Below are positions 20,263-30,042 of a stretch of 64,000 bases of DNA, piece by piece. The stretch is from contig JBBRCK010000004.1 of the NCBI GenBank assembly GCA_038205015.1, forward strand, positions 4,620-68,619, read 5' to 3'. Origin of the DNA: Candidatus Levyibacteriota bacterium. Lineage in GTDB: Bacteria > Patescibacteriota > Microgenomatia > Levybacterales > UBA12049. Numbering within the stretch: position 1 is the first letter of the stretch; each line of letters opens with the position of its first letter. The notes under the pieces are model-generated. The model saw only the letters and a program-made list of their open reading frames with translations, had not been told where the DNA came from and did not search any database. The translations under genes and the position numbers were made by a program.

Positions 20263-20271
20263 GACAAAACT

Positions 20272-21453
20272 ATGGCAGAAGTATACCAGAGAACAAAACC
20301 ACATGTAAATATCGGAACCATCGGTCACGTTGATCACGGTAAGACAACCACAACGGCGGCTATTGCTACTGTGCTTTCCAAAAAAGGAATGGCAAAGGCA
20401 ATGAAATACGAAGATATCGATAATGCCCCAGAAGAAAAAGCCAGAGGAGTCACTATTAACATTGCCCACGTAGAATACGAAACAGAAAAAAGACATTATG
20501 CACACATCGATGCACCAGGACACGCAGATTACATTAAGAACATGATTACGGGAGCCGCCCAAATGGACGGTGCAATCCTCGTAGTTTCAGCTCCAGACGG
20601 CCCTATGCCTCAAACCAGAGAACACATTTTACTAGCACATCAAGTACAAGTCCCATCAATCGTAGTTTTCTTAAACAAATGCGATATGGTACAAGACGAG
20701 GAACTTTTGGATTTGGTAGAAATGGAAGTAAGAGAGCTTTTAACAAAATATCAATATCCGGGAGCAGAAGTTCCAATTATCAGAGGCTCAGCTCTTAAAG
20801 CATTAGAAGGAGATCCAGAAGCAGAAAAACAAATTATGGCACTAATGGATGCAGTTGATAGCTATATCCCAACTCCAGTTAGAGATTTGGAAAAACCATT
20901 CCTTATGCCTGTTGAAGACGTTTTTTCAATCAAAGGAAGAGGAACAGTTGTAACCGGTAGAATCGAAAGAGGCAAGATTAAAGTAAACGAAGCGGTTGAA
21001 ATAATCGGAATCAGACCAACAAAGCAATCGGTTGTAACCGGCGTTGAAATGTTTAAGAAAATGCTTGATGAAGGACAAGCAGGAGATAATGTTGGAATTT
21101 TACTTAGAGGAGTAGAAAAACAGGATGTAGAAAGAGGACAAGTTGTTGCAAAGCCAGGCTCAATTACTCCACACAAAGAATTCGAAGCAGAAGTTTATAT
21201 CCTTACCAAAGAAGAAGGCGGACGTCACACACCTTTCTTTACAGGATACAGACCACAATTCTTTATAAAAACTACCGATATTACCGGAGAAGCTACTCTT
21301 CCAACAGGTGTTGAAATGGTAATGCCTGGAGATAACGCAAAAATGAATATCAAACTCATTGTACCTGTTGCAATGGAAGAGGGCGTAAGATTCGCAATCA
21401 GAGAAGGCGGAAAAACAGTTGGAGCAGGTGTAATTTCCAAAATAATTGCATAA
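20272..21453 (+). CDS. tuf: elongation factor Tu
   Basis: 393 aa from conserved [26 protein letters not shown]; ORF-track start 20203 is an extension. Confidence 0.97.
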   Translation: MAEVYQRTKPHVNIGTIGHVDHGKTTTTAAIATVLSKKGMAKAMKYEDIDNAPEEKARGVTINIAHVEYETEKRHYAHIDAPGHADYIKNMITGAAQMDGAILVVSAPDGPMPQTREHILLAHQVQVPSIVVFLNKCDMVQDEELLDLVEMEVRELLTKYQYPGAEVPIIRGSALKALEGDPEAEKQIMALMDAVDSYIPTPVRDLEKPFLMPVEDVFSIKGRGTVVTGRIERGKIKVNEAVEIIGIRPTKQSVVTGVEMFKKMLDEGQAGDNVGILLRGVEKQDVERGQVVAKPGSITPHKEFEAEVYILTKEEGGRHTPFFTGYRPQFFIKTTDITGEATLPTGVEMVMPGDNAKMNIKLIVPVAMEEGVRFAIREGGKTVGAGVISKIIA

Positions 21454-21485
21454 TTCCCCTTCTAGCACTTTAATTATTTATACAT

Positions 21486-21794
21486 ATGCCAAAAGGAAGA
21501 CTTAGAGTTAGACTTAAAAGTTATGACGCTAGAGTAATAGACTCTACCTGTCAGCAAATTTTAGACACGGCCATTAGGACCGGTGCTAAAGTTGTTGGTC
21601 CAATTCCACTCCCTTCCAGAAGAACAGTATATGCTATAAATACTTCGCCATTCATCGATAAAAACGCCAGAGACCACTTCCAAATAAAAGTTCATAAAAG
21701 ATTAATTGATATTGTTTCTCCAACAGATAAAACCATTGATGCCCTGACGCATTTGGAACTTCCTGCAGGCGTAAGTATCGAAATCGGAATGTAG
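21486..21794 (+). CDS. rpsJ: 30S ribosomal protein S10
   Basis: 102 aa S10 family. Confidence 0.95.
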   Translation: MPKGRLRVRLKSYDARVIDSTCQQILDTAIRTGAKVVGPIPLPSRRTVYAINTSPFIDKNARDHFQIKVHKRLIDIVSPTDKTIDALTHLELPAGVSIEIGM

Positions 21795-21816
21795 TTTAAT
21801 TTACCCTTAATTCCTC

Positions 21817-21845
21817 TTGCATTTGGCTTCAGTCTTATATATAAT
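21817..21845 (+). promoter_or_regulatory. strong sigma70-type promoter TTGCAT-17-TATAAT for rplC-led operon
   Basis: TTGCAT 21817-21822, 17-nt spacer, TATAAT 21840-21845. Confidence 0.5.
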
Positions 21846-21924
21846 TACAAATAACAAAATGGTTAAGACGCAGGGGGTGATTTTAACTACATAGCAGAGC
21901 TTAAAACTACTTTTTCGTAAGTAA

Positions 21925-21952
21925 AGTGACTCTATGTGGTCACTTTTTTTTG
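21925..21952 (+). terminator. leader hairpin AGTGAC-8nt-GTCACT + T8 (attenuator-like) 20 nt before rplC ATG
   Basis: Perfect 6-bp inverted repeat followed by TTTTTTTT. Confidence 0.55.
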
Positions 21953-21971
21953 TGTTAGAGCTAATAATAAT

Positions 21972-22811
21972 ATGCAAGTTAATTCACTTATCGGTATAAA
22001 AGTTTATCAGAAGCAAGGCTTTTTGCAGGATGGAGAAAGGGTTCCGTTAACTGCAGTTAATGTTTTGGGAAACGTAATCACCCAAATTAAAAAAAATGAT
22101 AAAGAAGGTTATACTGCGCTTCAACTTGGAATTGGAACCAATAAGAAAGCAAAGAAACAATCAGTAAATCATGCGAAAAATGCGGGGCTTGAAAAGACAC
22201 CCCGCTTTTTAAAAGAAATAAGAATTGACGATATAGAAGGTGCAAATTTAGGTACAGAATTAAATCCTCAAGAGATTTTTACCCCAGGAGATATTATTGA
22301 TGTAACAGGAGTCTCAAAAGGTAAAGGATGGGCAGGAGGAGTAAAAAGATACGGATTTCACGGAGGACCAAAAACCCACGGACAATCAGACAGACACAGA
22401 GCTCCCGGTTCTATTGGACAAGGAACAACTCCAGGAAGAGTTTATAGAGGTAAAAAAATGGCGGGAAGAATGGGATCAGATACTGTAACGGTTAGAAACT
22501 TAGAAATAATTGAAGTTAATAGCGATGGAGTATTACTTATAAAAGGTTTGGTTCCTGGATCTTTAGAAGGATTGGTAATAGTTAAGAAAATGGGAACAAA
22601 TAAAAAATTTGTTCCTTTATATAAAGAAGTTGTTGAAGAAGTAAGCCAAGAAGCTCCGGCTGAGGAAGTTAAGGAAGATGTAGTGGAAGAAGCTAAGGAA
22701 GAATTAAAAACAGAAGCAGTTGTAGAAACCGTTCAAGAGGAAATAAAACCAGAAGTAAAAGCAGAAGAAGTTAAAGATGAAAAAGTGGAAAAGAAAGAAG
22801 GAGATAAATAA
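21972..22811 (+). CDS. rplC: 50S ribosomal protein L3 with ~65 aa E/K/V-rich C-terminal extension
   Basis: Conserved start MQVNSLIGIKV; ORF-track start 21936 would overlap the leader terminator. Confidence 0.93.
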   Translation: MQVNSLIGIKVYQKQGFLQDGERVPLTAVNVLGNVITQIKKNDKEGYTALQLGIGTNKKAKKQSVNHAKNAGLEKTPRFLKEIRIDDIEGANLGTELNPQEIFTPGDIIDVTGVSKGKGWAGGVKRYGFHGGPKTHGQSDRHRAPGSIGQGTTPGRVYRGKKMAGRMGSDTVTVRNLEIIEVNSDGVLLIKGLVPGSLEGLVIVKKMGTNKKFVPLYKEVVEEVSQEAPAEEVKEDVVEEAKEELKTEAVVETVQEEIKPEVKAEEVKDEKVEKKEGDK

Positions 22812-22813
22812 AA

Positions 22814-23584
22814 ATGCCAGTATCTAAGACGGTCAAAGCCGCAGTAAAGCCAACAGTAAAAAAAGCAGTCAAGGTTGAAAAGCCTGTAAAAACAGTAGCA
22901 AAAAAGGTTGAATTGAAAGAATTGCCAAAAGAAACAGGCTTAAAGTTAAGCGTTTATAACTTATTGGGAAAATCAACTGAAACAATTACTCTCCCAAAAG
23001 AAATTTTTGGATTGGAAGTAAATAAAGATTTAATTTCTCAATACGCAAGAGTTTATTTGGCAAACCAAAGAAGGGGTACATTAAAAACTAAATCAAGAGG
23101 AGAAGTAAGTATTTCAACCCGAAAAATTTACAGACAAAAAGGAACAGGAAGAGCAAGGCATGGTGCCAAATCGGCTCCAATTTTTGTAGGTGGAGGAGTT
23201 GCCTTTGGTCCTAGGCCAAGAGATTTCTCTTTAAAACTTAATCAAAAACAGAAAAAAGCAGCTCTTTTCAGCGCACTTTCTTCAAAGTTAAGAGATGGAG
23301 AAATAAAATTAATTTCAGGACTTGAAAAAATTGAACCTAAAACCAGCAAAATGTCTGACGTTTTCAAAAACCTTTCGCTTTTAACTAAAAAAACAAAAGT
23401 TTTATTAGTTATTCCAAAATCCGGAAAAGATTTTGCAAACGTCACAAAAGCAGCCAGAAACATAAAAGGTATACAAATTACATCTTCAAATCTTTTGAAT
23501 ACTTATGAAGTTTTGGCAAGCAGAAACATTTTATTTATGAAAGATGCAATTGATGGATTAAAAGAACATTATTTTAAAAATTAA
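22814..23584 (+). CDS. rplD: 50S ribosomal protein L4 with K/V-rich N-terminal extension
   Basis: 256 aa, L4 core from approx aa 45. Confidence 0.9.
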   Translation: MPVSKTVKAAVKPTVKKAVKVEKPVKTVAKKVELKELPKETGLKLSVYNLLGKSTETITLPKEIFGLEVNKDLISQYARVYLANQRRGTLKTKSRGEVSISTRKIYRQKGTGRARHGAKSAPIFVGGGVAFGPRPRDFSLKLNQKQKKAALFSALSSKLRDGEIKLISGLEKIEPKTSKMSDVFKNLSLLTKKTKVLLVIPKSGKDFANVTKAARNIKGIQITSSNLLNTYEVLASRNILFMKDAIDGLKEHYFKN

Positions 23585-23585
23585 T

Positions 23586-23885
23586 ATGGATGCATTTAGA
23601 GTTATAATTTCACCATTAATATCGGAAAAATCAATGAACGAAGCTGCAAAAGGACGCTATAGCTTTAAGGTTGCAGTTGCTGCAAATAAAAAAGATATCA
23701 AAAAGGCAATCGAAGAAAAATTTAAAGTAAACGTAACTAAAGTAACAACTATGACCGTAAAAGGAAGATCGGCAAAAGCTGGAGTAAGAAGAATCGAAAC
23801 TTTAAAATCGCCTTTTAAAAAAGCGATTGCAACTTTAAAAGCCGGAGAGAAAATATCAATCTTTGATCAAGGAGCAGCTAAATAA
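23586..23885 (+). CDS. rplW: 50S ribosomal protein L23
   Basis: 99 aa L23 family. Confidence 0.9.
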   Translation: MDAFRVIISPLISEKSMNEAAKGRYSFKVAVAANKKDIKKAIEEKFKVNVTKVTTMTVKGRSAKAGVRRIETLKSPFKKAIATLKAGEKISIFDQGAAK

Positions 23886-23887
23886 CT

Positions 23888-24628
23888 ATGAATAAATTAA
23901 AGTATATAAAAAAGAAACATTCAGGAAGAGACGCTACGGGGCAAGTAAGTGTTAGACATCAGGGTGGTGCCCATAAGAGATATATAAGAGTAATTGATTT
24001 TAAAAGAGATAAAACCGGAATTGAAGGTAAGGTTATTGCTTTAGAATATGATCCTAATAGAACTTGTGACATTGCTTTGATACAATACGCAGACGGAGAT
24101 AAAAGATATATTTTGGCACCCGAAGGATTAAAGCTAAAGGATACTGTTATATCGGGAGAAAAAGTAGATATTAAGGTTGGAAATGCTTTGCCATTATCTT
24201 CTATGCCGGTTGGAACAGTGGTTCATAATGTAGAACTTATTCCAGGTCATGGTGGGCAGTTAGCAAGGGGTTCAGGAACAAGTGCAACTGTCGCAGCCAA
24301 AGAAGGAGATTTTGTTCATCTTCGACTTCCGTCAGGAGAGGTTAGAAAAATTTTTGCCAAAGGAATGGCAACAATTGGAAGTTTGGGAAATATTGATTGG
24401 AAAAATAAGTTTTTTGGGAAAGCCGGAGCAAAAAGACACATGGGAATAAGGCCAACAGTTAGAGGAGTTGCCCAAAATCCAAGAAGCCATCCTCATGGAG
24501 GAGGAGAAGGAAGATCAGGAATCGGAATGAGTACTCCTAAAACTTATGCGGGACGACCGGCGGTTGGAAAAACCAGAAGGCCAAAGAAGCATTCCAATAA
24601 ATATATTTTGCAAAGGAGAAAGAAATAA
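23888..24628 (+). CDS. rplB: 50S ribosomal protein L2 (short N-terminus)
   Basis: 246 aa; conserved GRNxxGxxTxRHxGGGHKR-like and PHGGGEG motifs. Confidence 0.95.
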   Translation: MNKLKYIKKKHSGRDATGQVSVRHQGGAHKRYIRVIDFKRDKTGIEGKVIALEYDPNRTCDIALIQYADGDKRYILAPEGLKLKDTVISGEKVDIKVGNALPLSSMPVGTVVHNVELIPGHGGQLARGSGTSATVAAKEGDFVHLRLPSGEVRKIFAKGMATIGSLGNIDWKNKFFGKAGAKRHMGIRPTVRGVAQNPRSHPHGGGEGRSGIGMSTPKTYAGRPAVGKTRRPKKHSNKYILQRRKK

Positions 24629-24629
24629 T

Positions 24630-24914
24630 ATGGGAAGAAGCACTAAAAAAGGTCCATACATCGATGACAGAGTTATGAAAAAAGTCATGGCTCAAAAAGC
24701 AACAGGCGATAAATCGCCAATTAAAACATGGTCAAGGCCATGTCAAATTCCGCCCGAGTTTGTCGGACACACTTTTGCGGTTCACAACGGAAAAAACTTT
24801 ATTAACGTATATGTTTTGGAAACTATGGTTGGACATCGTTTGGGAGAATTTTCACCAACCAGAACATTTAGAACTCACGGAAGAATAGTAGCGAGGGAAA
24901 TAAGTAAAACATAG
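24630..24914 (+). CDS. rpsS: 30S ribosomal protein S19
   Basis: 94 aa from [12 protein letters not shown]; track start 24546 is an extension into rplB. Confidence 0.95.
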   Translation: MGRSTKKGPYIDDRVMKKVMAQKATGDKSPIKTWSRPCQIPPEFVGHTFAVHNGKNFINVYVLETMVGHRLGEFSPTRTFRTHGRIVAREISKT

Positions 24915-24915
24915 T

Positions 24916-25266
24916 ATGGAAGTTGTAGCTAAAACATCAGTTAGAGTGGCGCCAAGAAAAGTAAGACTGGTTGCAGATTTAATCAGAAAACTTTCTGTGG
25001 ATGAAGCATTAAGAACATTGTCTCTTCTTAAAAAAAGAGGAGCTGTTTCATTGGAAAAAACATTAAAAAGTGCAATTGCCAATGCAATTAAAAATAATAA
25101 TTTAAAACAAGAAGCATTAACAATAAAAACAATCGATGTTTTGGAAGCACCGGCATATAAAAGATTTCACCCATCAACCAGAGGAAGAGTACATCCATAT
25201 AAAAGAAAAGGAAGTCATATAAAAATAATTTTAGAAACAAAGGAGGAAAATGGGACAAAAAGTTAA
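24916..25266 (+). CDS. rplV: 50S ribosomal protein L22
   Basis: 116 aa L22 family. Confidence 0.93.
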   Translation: MEVVAKTSVRVAPRKVRLVADLIRKLSVDEALRTLSLLKKRGAVSLEKTLKSAIANAIKNNNLKQEALTIKTIDVLEAPAYKRFHPSTRGRVHPYKRKGSHIKIILETKEENGTKS

Positions 25267-25897
25267 TCCAAAAGTCATAAGGTTGGGTCCATTGTTTAAC
25301 TGGTCCAGTCTTTGGTTTGACGATAAAAGATATAAAGAAACATTGTTAGAAGACTTTAAGATAAGGAAGGCATTAATGGAAAGGTTAAAAAATGCCGGAG
25401 TTTCTGAAATCGATATTGAAAGATCAATTAATAGTCTTAAAATTACAGCCCATGTTTCTAAACCGGGTATGGTAATCGGAAGAGGCGGAACGGGACTAGA
25501 TGAGCTTAAGGCATATTTACAGAAAGAATTTATAAAAAAAGCTCAAGGGAAGCAACAGTTTAAATTAGATATTAGAGTTGAGCCTATTAAAGATCCAAAT
25601 CTAGATGCTTACTTAGTTGCAAAAAATATTTCTGAGCAATTAATTAGAAGACTTCCGGCAAAAAGAATTATGACTGCAACTGTTGAAAGAGTTATGGGTT
25701 CAGGTGCTAAGGGCATAAGAATAGTTTTATCGGGAAGAATCGGGGGCGCAGAAATTGGAAGAAGAGAAAAAATGCAGGTAGGAACAGTTCCTCTTTCGAC
25801 AATTAGGGAAAATATTACTTATGCAAGTCATCCATCATTAACAAAAAAAGGATATATCGGAGTAAAGGTTTGGATAAACAAACCGGAGGAAAAATAA
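25250..25897 (+). CDS. rpsC: 30S ribosomal protein S3
   Basis: 215 aa; MGQKVNP start, KH domain; SD AAGGAGG upstream. Confidence 0.95.
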   Translation: MGQKVNPKVIRLGPLFNWSSLWFDDKRYKETLLEDFKIRKALMERLKNAGVSEIDIERSINSLKITAHVSKPGMVIGRGGTGLDELKAYLQKEFIKKAQGKQQFKLDIRVEPIKDPNLDAYLVAKNISEQLIRRLPAKRIMTATVERVMGSGAKGIRIVLSGRIGGAEIGRREKMQVGTVPLSTIRENITYASHPSLTKKGYIGVKVWINKPEEK

Positions 25898-25898
25898 T

Positions 25899-26309
25899 AT
25901 GTTAGTACCAAAAAGACAAAAATTCAGAAAACAAATGAGGAGAAAAATGAAAGGAAACTCTTACAGAGGAACAGAAATTTCTTTTGGTGATTTTGGGCTG
26001 ATGTCTCAAGGTACAGCCTGGGTTACGTCAAGGCAAATAGAAGCAGCCAGAAGAGCAATTACTCATTATACCCAAAGAGGAGGAAGAGTTTGGATAAGAA
26101 TATTTCCGGATAAACCAATTACCAAAAAACCTGCAGAAACAAGAATGGGTTCGGGAAAAGGTGATGTTTATGAATTCGTCGCAAGAGTAAAACCGGGAAG
26201 AATTATGTTTGAAATGGGTGGAGTCACAAAAGAAGTTGCTTTTGCAGCCTTAAGACTTGCATCGCATAAATTAGGTGTAAAAACCAGCATGGTAGCAAAG
26301 GAAAATTAA
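25899..26309 (+). CDS. rplP: 50S ribosomal protein L16
   Basis: 136 aa L16 family. Confidence 0.95.
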   Translation: MLVPKRQKFRKQMRRKMKGNSYRGTEISFGDFGLMSQGTAWVTSRQIEAARRAITHYTQRGGRVWIRIFPDKPITKKPAETRMGSGKGDVYEFVARVKPGRIMFEMGGVTKEVAFAALRLASHKLGVKTSMVAKEN

Positions 26310-26310
26310 C

Positions 26311-26526
26311 ATGAAAACAAAAGATAGAAAAGAAATTTTTACAAAAACAGACAAGGAATTAATTAAAGCTTTAAAAGAAGCAAAAGACGCTTTGTTTAAT
26401 TTTAATTTGGACCATAAGCAAAATAAGCTTAAAAATACCAGACAAATTTTTTGGAAGCGAAAAGAAATAGCTTATCTTAAAACAGCATTAAGGCAAAAAG
26501 CCTTAGAGAAAGGAAGCAAAGAGTAA
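26311..26526 (+). CDS. rpmC: 50S ribosomal protein L29
   Basis: 71 aa, position between L16 and S17. Confidence 0.85.
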   Translation: MKTKDRKEIFTKTDKELIKALKEAKDALFNFNLDHKQNKLKNTRQIFWKRKEIAYLKTALRQKALEKGSKE

Positions 26527-26527
26527 T

Positions 26528-26761
26528 ATGAAAAAAACATTTGAAGGAAAAGTTGTCTCTTTAAAGATGAATAGAACAGCAGTTGTAGAAATAACCAGAA
26601 GAACTGCGCATCCTTTGTATAAAAAACTTATTAAAAGGTCGTCAAGAATTAAAGCAGATACAGCGGATTTAACTTTAACTTTAGGACAAAAAGTAAAGAT
26701 TACAGAAACAAAACCGATTTCAAAAGAAAAGTTTTTTATAGTAACGGAGGTAATTAAATAA
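26528..26761 (+). CDS. rpsQ: 30S ribosomal protein S17
   Basis: 77 aa S17 family. Confidence 0.9.
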   Translation: MKKTFEGKVVSLKMNRTAVVEITRRTAHPLYKKLIKRSSRIKADTADLTLTLGQKVKITETKPISKEKFFIVTEVIK

Positions 26762-26762
26762 T

Positions 26763-27137
26763 ATGATTCAACATCGAACTATGTTAAAATCTGCCGATAA
26801 TTCCGGCGCAAGAGTGTTACAAGTTATTCATGTTTTCGGAGGATCAAAAAGAAAATTTGGATATACAGGCGACGTTTTAAATTGTGTTGTAAAAGAAGCG
26901 ATTCCAACGGGAACAGTAAAAGAAAGCGAAATCGTAAAAGTTGTTTTGGTAAGAGCCAGAAAAGAACACAAAAGAGCAGACGGTTCTTATATAAGATTTT
27001 CTGAAAATGCAGGTGTAGTTATCGATAACGCAAAAGACAAAAATCCAATCGGAACAAGAATTTTTGGACCAATTGCAAGAGAAGTAAGAGATAGAGGTTT
27101 TGCAAAGATTGCCAGCATGGCGGTTGAGGTAGTTTAA
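26763..27137 (+). CDS. rplN: 50S ribosomal protein L14
   Basis: 124 aa L14 family. Confidence 0.95.
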   Translation: MIQHRTMLKSADNSGARVLQVIHVFGGSKRKFGYTGDVLNCVVKEAIPTGTVKESEIVKVVLVRARKEHKRADGSYIRFSENAGVVIDNAKDKNPIGTRIFGPIAREVRDRGFAKIASMAVEVV

Positions 27138-27138
27138 T

Positions 27139-27444
27139 ATGAAATTAAAAAAAGACGACAATATAAAAGTGGTAAGAGGAAAGGATAAAGGAAAAACCGG
27201 AAAAATCGAGAAAGTTTTTCCAAAATCAGGTAAAGTTTTGGTTGCCAATATTAATCTTTATAAAAGACATTTAAAGGCAAGATCCCAAAGCCAGCCTTCC
27301 GAAATTGTAACTTTAACTAAGCCTTTACCGGAAGAAAACGTAATTTTAATTTGTCCAAAATGTCATAAAGAAACAAGAGTTGGATATAAAATAGAAAAAG
27401 ATAAAAAATCAAGAATTTGTAAGAAATGTGAGTCACAAATTTAA
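27139..27444 (+). CDS. rplX: 50S ribosomal protein L24 with C-terminal CxxC...CxxC zinc ribbon
   Basis: KOW domain then CPKCHKETRVGYKIEKDKKSRICKKCESQI. Confidence 0.9.
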   Translation: MKLKKDDNIKVVRGKDKGKTGKIEKVFPKSGKVLVANINLYKRHLKARSQSQPSEIVTLTKPLPEENVILICPKCHKETRVGYKIEKDKKSRICKKCESQI

Positions 27445-27445
27445 T

Positions 27446-27985
27446 ATGAATCCATTACACGAAAAATTTAAAAAAGAAATAGCTAAAAAATTACAAGAAG
27501 AATTAAAAATTAAAAATATTCATTCTGTTCCCATGCTTAAGAAGATTGTAGTAAATATGGGAGTTAGAGAGGTCTTGTCCGAAAAAAAGAATTTAGAAAA
27601 AGGTAAAGAGATAATGTCACAAATTACCGGACAAAAACCAAGAGTAATGAAATCTAAGAAATCAATCTCGTCATTTAAATTAAGAGAAGGAGATGAAATT
27701 GCACTGATTGTAACTTTAAGAGGAAAAAGGATGTATGATTTTTATCAAAAATTAGTTAGTATTGTTTTTCCAAGATTTAGAGATTTTCATGGAGTTAAGA
27801 AAGAAAGTTTTGATGGAAACGGTAACTATACTTTGGGATTTGCGGAAAGTGCTATTTTCCCTGAGATAGATCCAAGCAAAGTTGATAAAATACAAGGATT
27901 AGAAGTCTCGATAGTTACGACAGCAAAGGATAACGAGAAAGGTTATCAATTGTTAAAGGCACTAGGTATGCCTTTCAAAAAATAA
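27446..27985 (+). CDS. rplE: 50S ribosomal protein L5
   Basis: 179 aa from [12 protein letters not shown]; track start 27428 overlaps rplX. Confidence 0.93.
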   Translation: MNPLHEKFKKEIAKKLQEELKIKNIHSVPMLKKIVVNMGVREVLSEKKNLEKGKEIMSQITGQKPRVMKSKKSISSFKLREGDEIALIVTLRGKRMYDFYQKLVSIVFPRFRDFHGVKKESFDGNGNYTLGFAESAIFPEIDPSKVDKIQGLEVSIVTTAKDNEKGYQLLKALGMPFKK

Positions 27986-27986
27986 T

Positions 27987-28172
27987 ATGGCAAAAACATC
28001 AAGCGTAGTAAAATTTAACAAGAAACAAAAGTTTGCAGTAAGACAAGTAAACAGATGTAATATTTGCGGCAGGGCACGTGCTTACATGAGAAAATTCGGT
28101 CTTTGTAGAATATGTTTTAGAGAGTTAGCACAGAAAGGAGAATTACCGGGAGTTGTTAAGTCAACTTGGTAG
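27987..28172 (+). CDS. rpsN: 30S ribosomal protein S14 type Z (zinc-binding)
   Basis: 61 aa with [22 protein letters not shown]. Confidence 0.9.
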   Translation: MAKTSSVVKFNKKQKFAVRQVNRCNICGRARAYMRKFGLCRICFRELAQKGELPGVVKSTW

Positions 28173-28187
28173 TTTAATTAATTTAAT

Positions 28188-28580
28188 ATGAATCATTTAG
28201 TTTCGGATTTTTTAATAAGAATAAAAAATAGCGCTTTTTCCAAGAGAAAAGAAGTTCAACTTCCTTTTTCAAATATAAATAGAGAAATAGGAAAAGTTTT
28301 GGTTAAAGAAGGATTTTTAGAGAACATAAAAGAAACAGAAGAGGACGGAAAAAAACAACTCAAAGCAATTATCAGATACGAAAAAAGAATTCCGGTATTA
28401 ACAGATGTTTTAATAATGTCAAAACCATCTCTAAGAGTTTACTCAACTTTAAAAAAGATTCCGGAGCTTGAAAAACGAGGAAGAAGAAAAATAATTATTT
28501 CAACAAGTCAAGGAGTTATGACATCTGTTGATGCAAGACAGAAAGGATTGGGAGGAGAAGTTCTCTTCGCCATTTGGTAA
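28188..28580 (+). CDS. rpsH: 30S ribosomal protein S8
   Basis: 130 aa S8 family. Confidence 0.93.
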   Translation: MNHLVSDFLIRIKNSAFSKRKEVQLPFSNINREIGKVLVKEGFLENIKETEEDGKKQLKAIIRYEKRIPVLTDVLIMSKPSLRVYSTLKKIPELEKRGRRKIIISTSQGVMTSVDARQKGLGGEVLFAIW

Positions 28581-28587
28581 TAAATAT

Positions 28588-29151
28588 ATGTCAAAAATTG
28601 GTAAAAAACCTATTTTATTAAAAGAAAACATAACAGTTACAACTGAAGGTAATACAATGATGGTAACCGGTCCAAAAGGAAATCTTTCTTTTGCTATTCC
28701 AAGTGGAATAAAGGCAGAGGTAAAAGAGAATCAATTGATAGTTTCTCAATCTAAAGAAAATGATAGAGAAACAAGCGCATTGTTTGGATTAACAAGGGCG
28801 ATACTTGCTAATTTGGTTAAGGGTGTAACTGACGGGTTTGAAAAAAAATTGGAATTAACCGGAGTTGGATACAGGGCTCAAGGTTCGGGAAATACTTTAA
28901 CTTTATCGGTTGGATATTCGCACCCGGTTATTATTAAAGCAAATGAAGGAATTAATTTTACGGTTGAAGAAAATGTAATTACAGTTTCAGGAATCGATAA
29001 GGCAATTGTTGGAAACATTGCTGCAAAAGTAAGAAGTATCAGGCCGCCTGAGCCATATAAAGGAAAAGGAATAAAATATGTTGGAGAAAGAGTGAGAAGA
29101 AAAGCAGGAAAAGCGGCAAAAGCAGTAGGTGGAGCCGGAGGAGCAAAATAA
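28588..29151 (+). CDS. rplF: 50S ribosomal protein L6 (Gly/Ala/Lys C-terminal tail)
   Basis: 187 aa from MSKIGKKPI; track start 28528 is an extension. Confidence 0.92.
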   Translation: MSKIGKKPILLKENITVTTEGNTMMVTGPKGNLSFAIPSGIKAEVKENQLIVSQSKENDRETSALFGLTRAILANLVKGVTDGFEKKLELTGVGYRAQGSGNTLTLSVGYSHPVIIKANEGINFTVEENVITVSGIDKAIVGNIAAKVRSIRPPEPYKGKGIKYVGERVRRKAGKAAKAVGGAGGAK

Positions 29152-29171
29152 TACCGAAAGGTACTTTACGT

Positions 29172-29519
29172 ATGAAAAACTTAGCTGGAAAAAATTTAAG
29201 AAAAATTAGGACAAGAGCAAAAACAAAAGGTACTGCAGAAAAGCCAAGGCTTTCTGTGTATAGGTCAAACAGATATATTTACGCACAAATCATAGATGAC
29301 AATAAAGGAAAAACAATTGTTGGAATTTCCGAAAAAGAACTTGTAATAAAAGAAAAAGTAAAAAAATCAGACAGGGCAAAAGAATTAGGATTACTTCTTG
29401 CAAAAAAAGCATCGGTGAAAAAAATTACAGCAGTTGTTTTTGACAGAGGTTCTTATAAATATCATGGAAGAGTAAAACAAGTTGCAGAAGGAGCTAGGGA
29501 AGGAGGGCTTAAATTTTAA
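29172..29519 (+). CDS. rplR: 50S ribosomal protein L18
   Basis: 115 aa L18 family. Confidence 0.92.
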   Translation: MKNLAGKNLRKIRTRAKTKGTAEKPRLSVYRSNRYIYAQIIDDNKGKTIVGISEKELVIKEKVKKSDRAKELGLLLAKKASVKKITAVVFDRGSYKYHGRVKQVAEGAREGGLKF

Positions 29520-29520
29520 T

Positions 29521-30042
29521 ATGGATAATAATTTTAAACCAGGCGGAGGGTATAGAGAAAAAAGCCAGGATGGTTTTGAAGAGAAAATTGTACAAGTGTC
29601 AAGAGTTTCTAAAAAAACCAAAGGCGGAAATAAAATTGGATTTTCTGTTCTGATGGTAGTTGGGAATAAAGCAGGAAAAGTAGGAGTTGGTTTAGGAAAA
29701 GCAGGTGATGTTTCCTCAGCCATTAGAAAAGGCGTAGCACTTGCAAAAAAACATGCCATAGAAGTTCCGATTGTTAATGGAACCATTCCTTTTGAATTTT
29801 ATATTAAACTGGGGGCAGCAAAAGTTTTATTAAAACCGGCTCCTCTTGGAAGCGGAGTAATTGCCGGAGGGGCAGTAAGAAGTGTTGTGTCGCTAGCTGG
29901 AATTGAAAATATTTCTTCAAAAGTTTTAGGGTCAGATAATAAAGCAAGTAATGTTTACGCAACTATTGAGGCGTTACAAAGACTTTCAGTTAGATATAAA
30001 AGAGATAAAGAATTAAGAAAGGCAAAGCATGAATCTAAATAG
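29521..30042 (+). CDS. rpsE: 30S ribosomal protein S5
   Basis: 173 aa from MDNNFKPGGG; track start 29482 is an extension. Confidence 0.93.
   Translation: MDNNFKPGGGYREKSQDGFEEKIVQVSRVSKKTKGGNKIGFSVLMVVGNKAGKVGVGLGKAGDVSSAIRKGVALAKKHAIEVPIVNGTIPFEFYIKLGAAKVLLKPAPLGSGVIAGGAVRSVVSLAGIENISSKVLGSDNKASNVYATIEALQRLSVRYKRDKELRKAKHESK

Noticed and set aside
20203-20271. N-terminal extensions of track ORFs (tuf 20203, rplC 21936, rpsL 14345, rpsS 24546, rplE 27428, rplF 28528, rpsE 29482, SBP 53968)
   Set aside because: Each has an internal ATG at the universally conserved N-terminus immediately after the upstream gene's stop; the extensions overlap upstream genes or terminators
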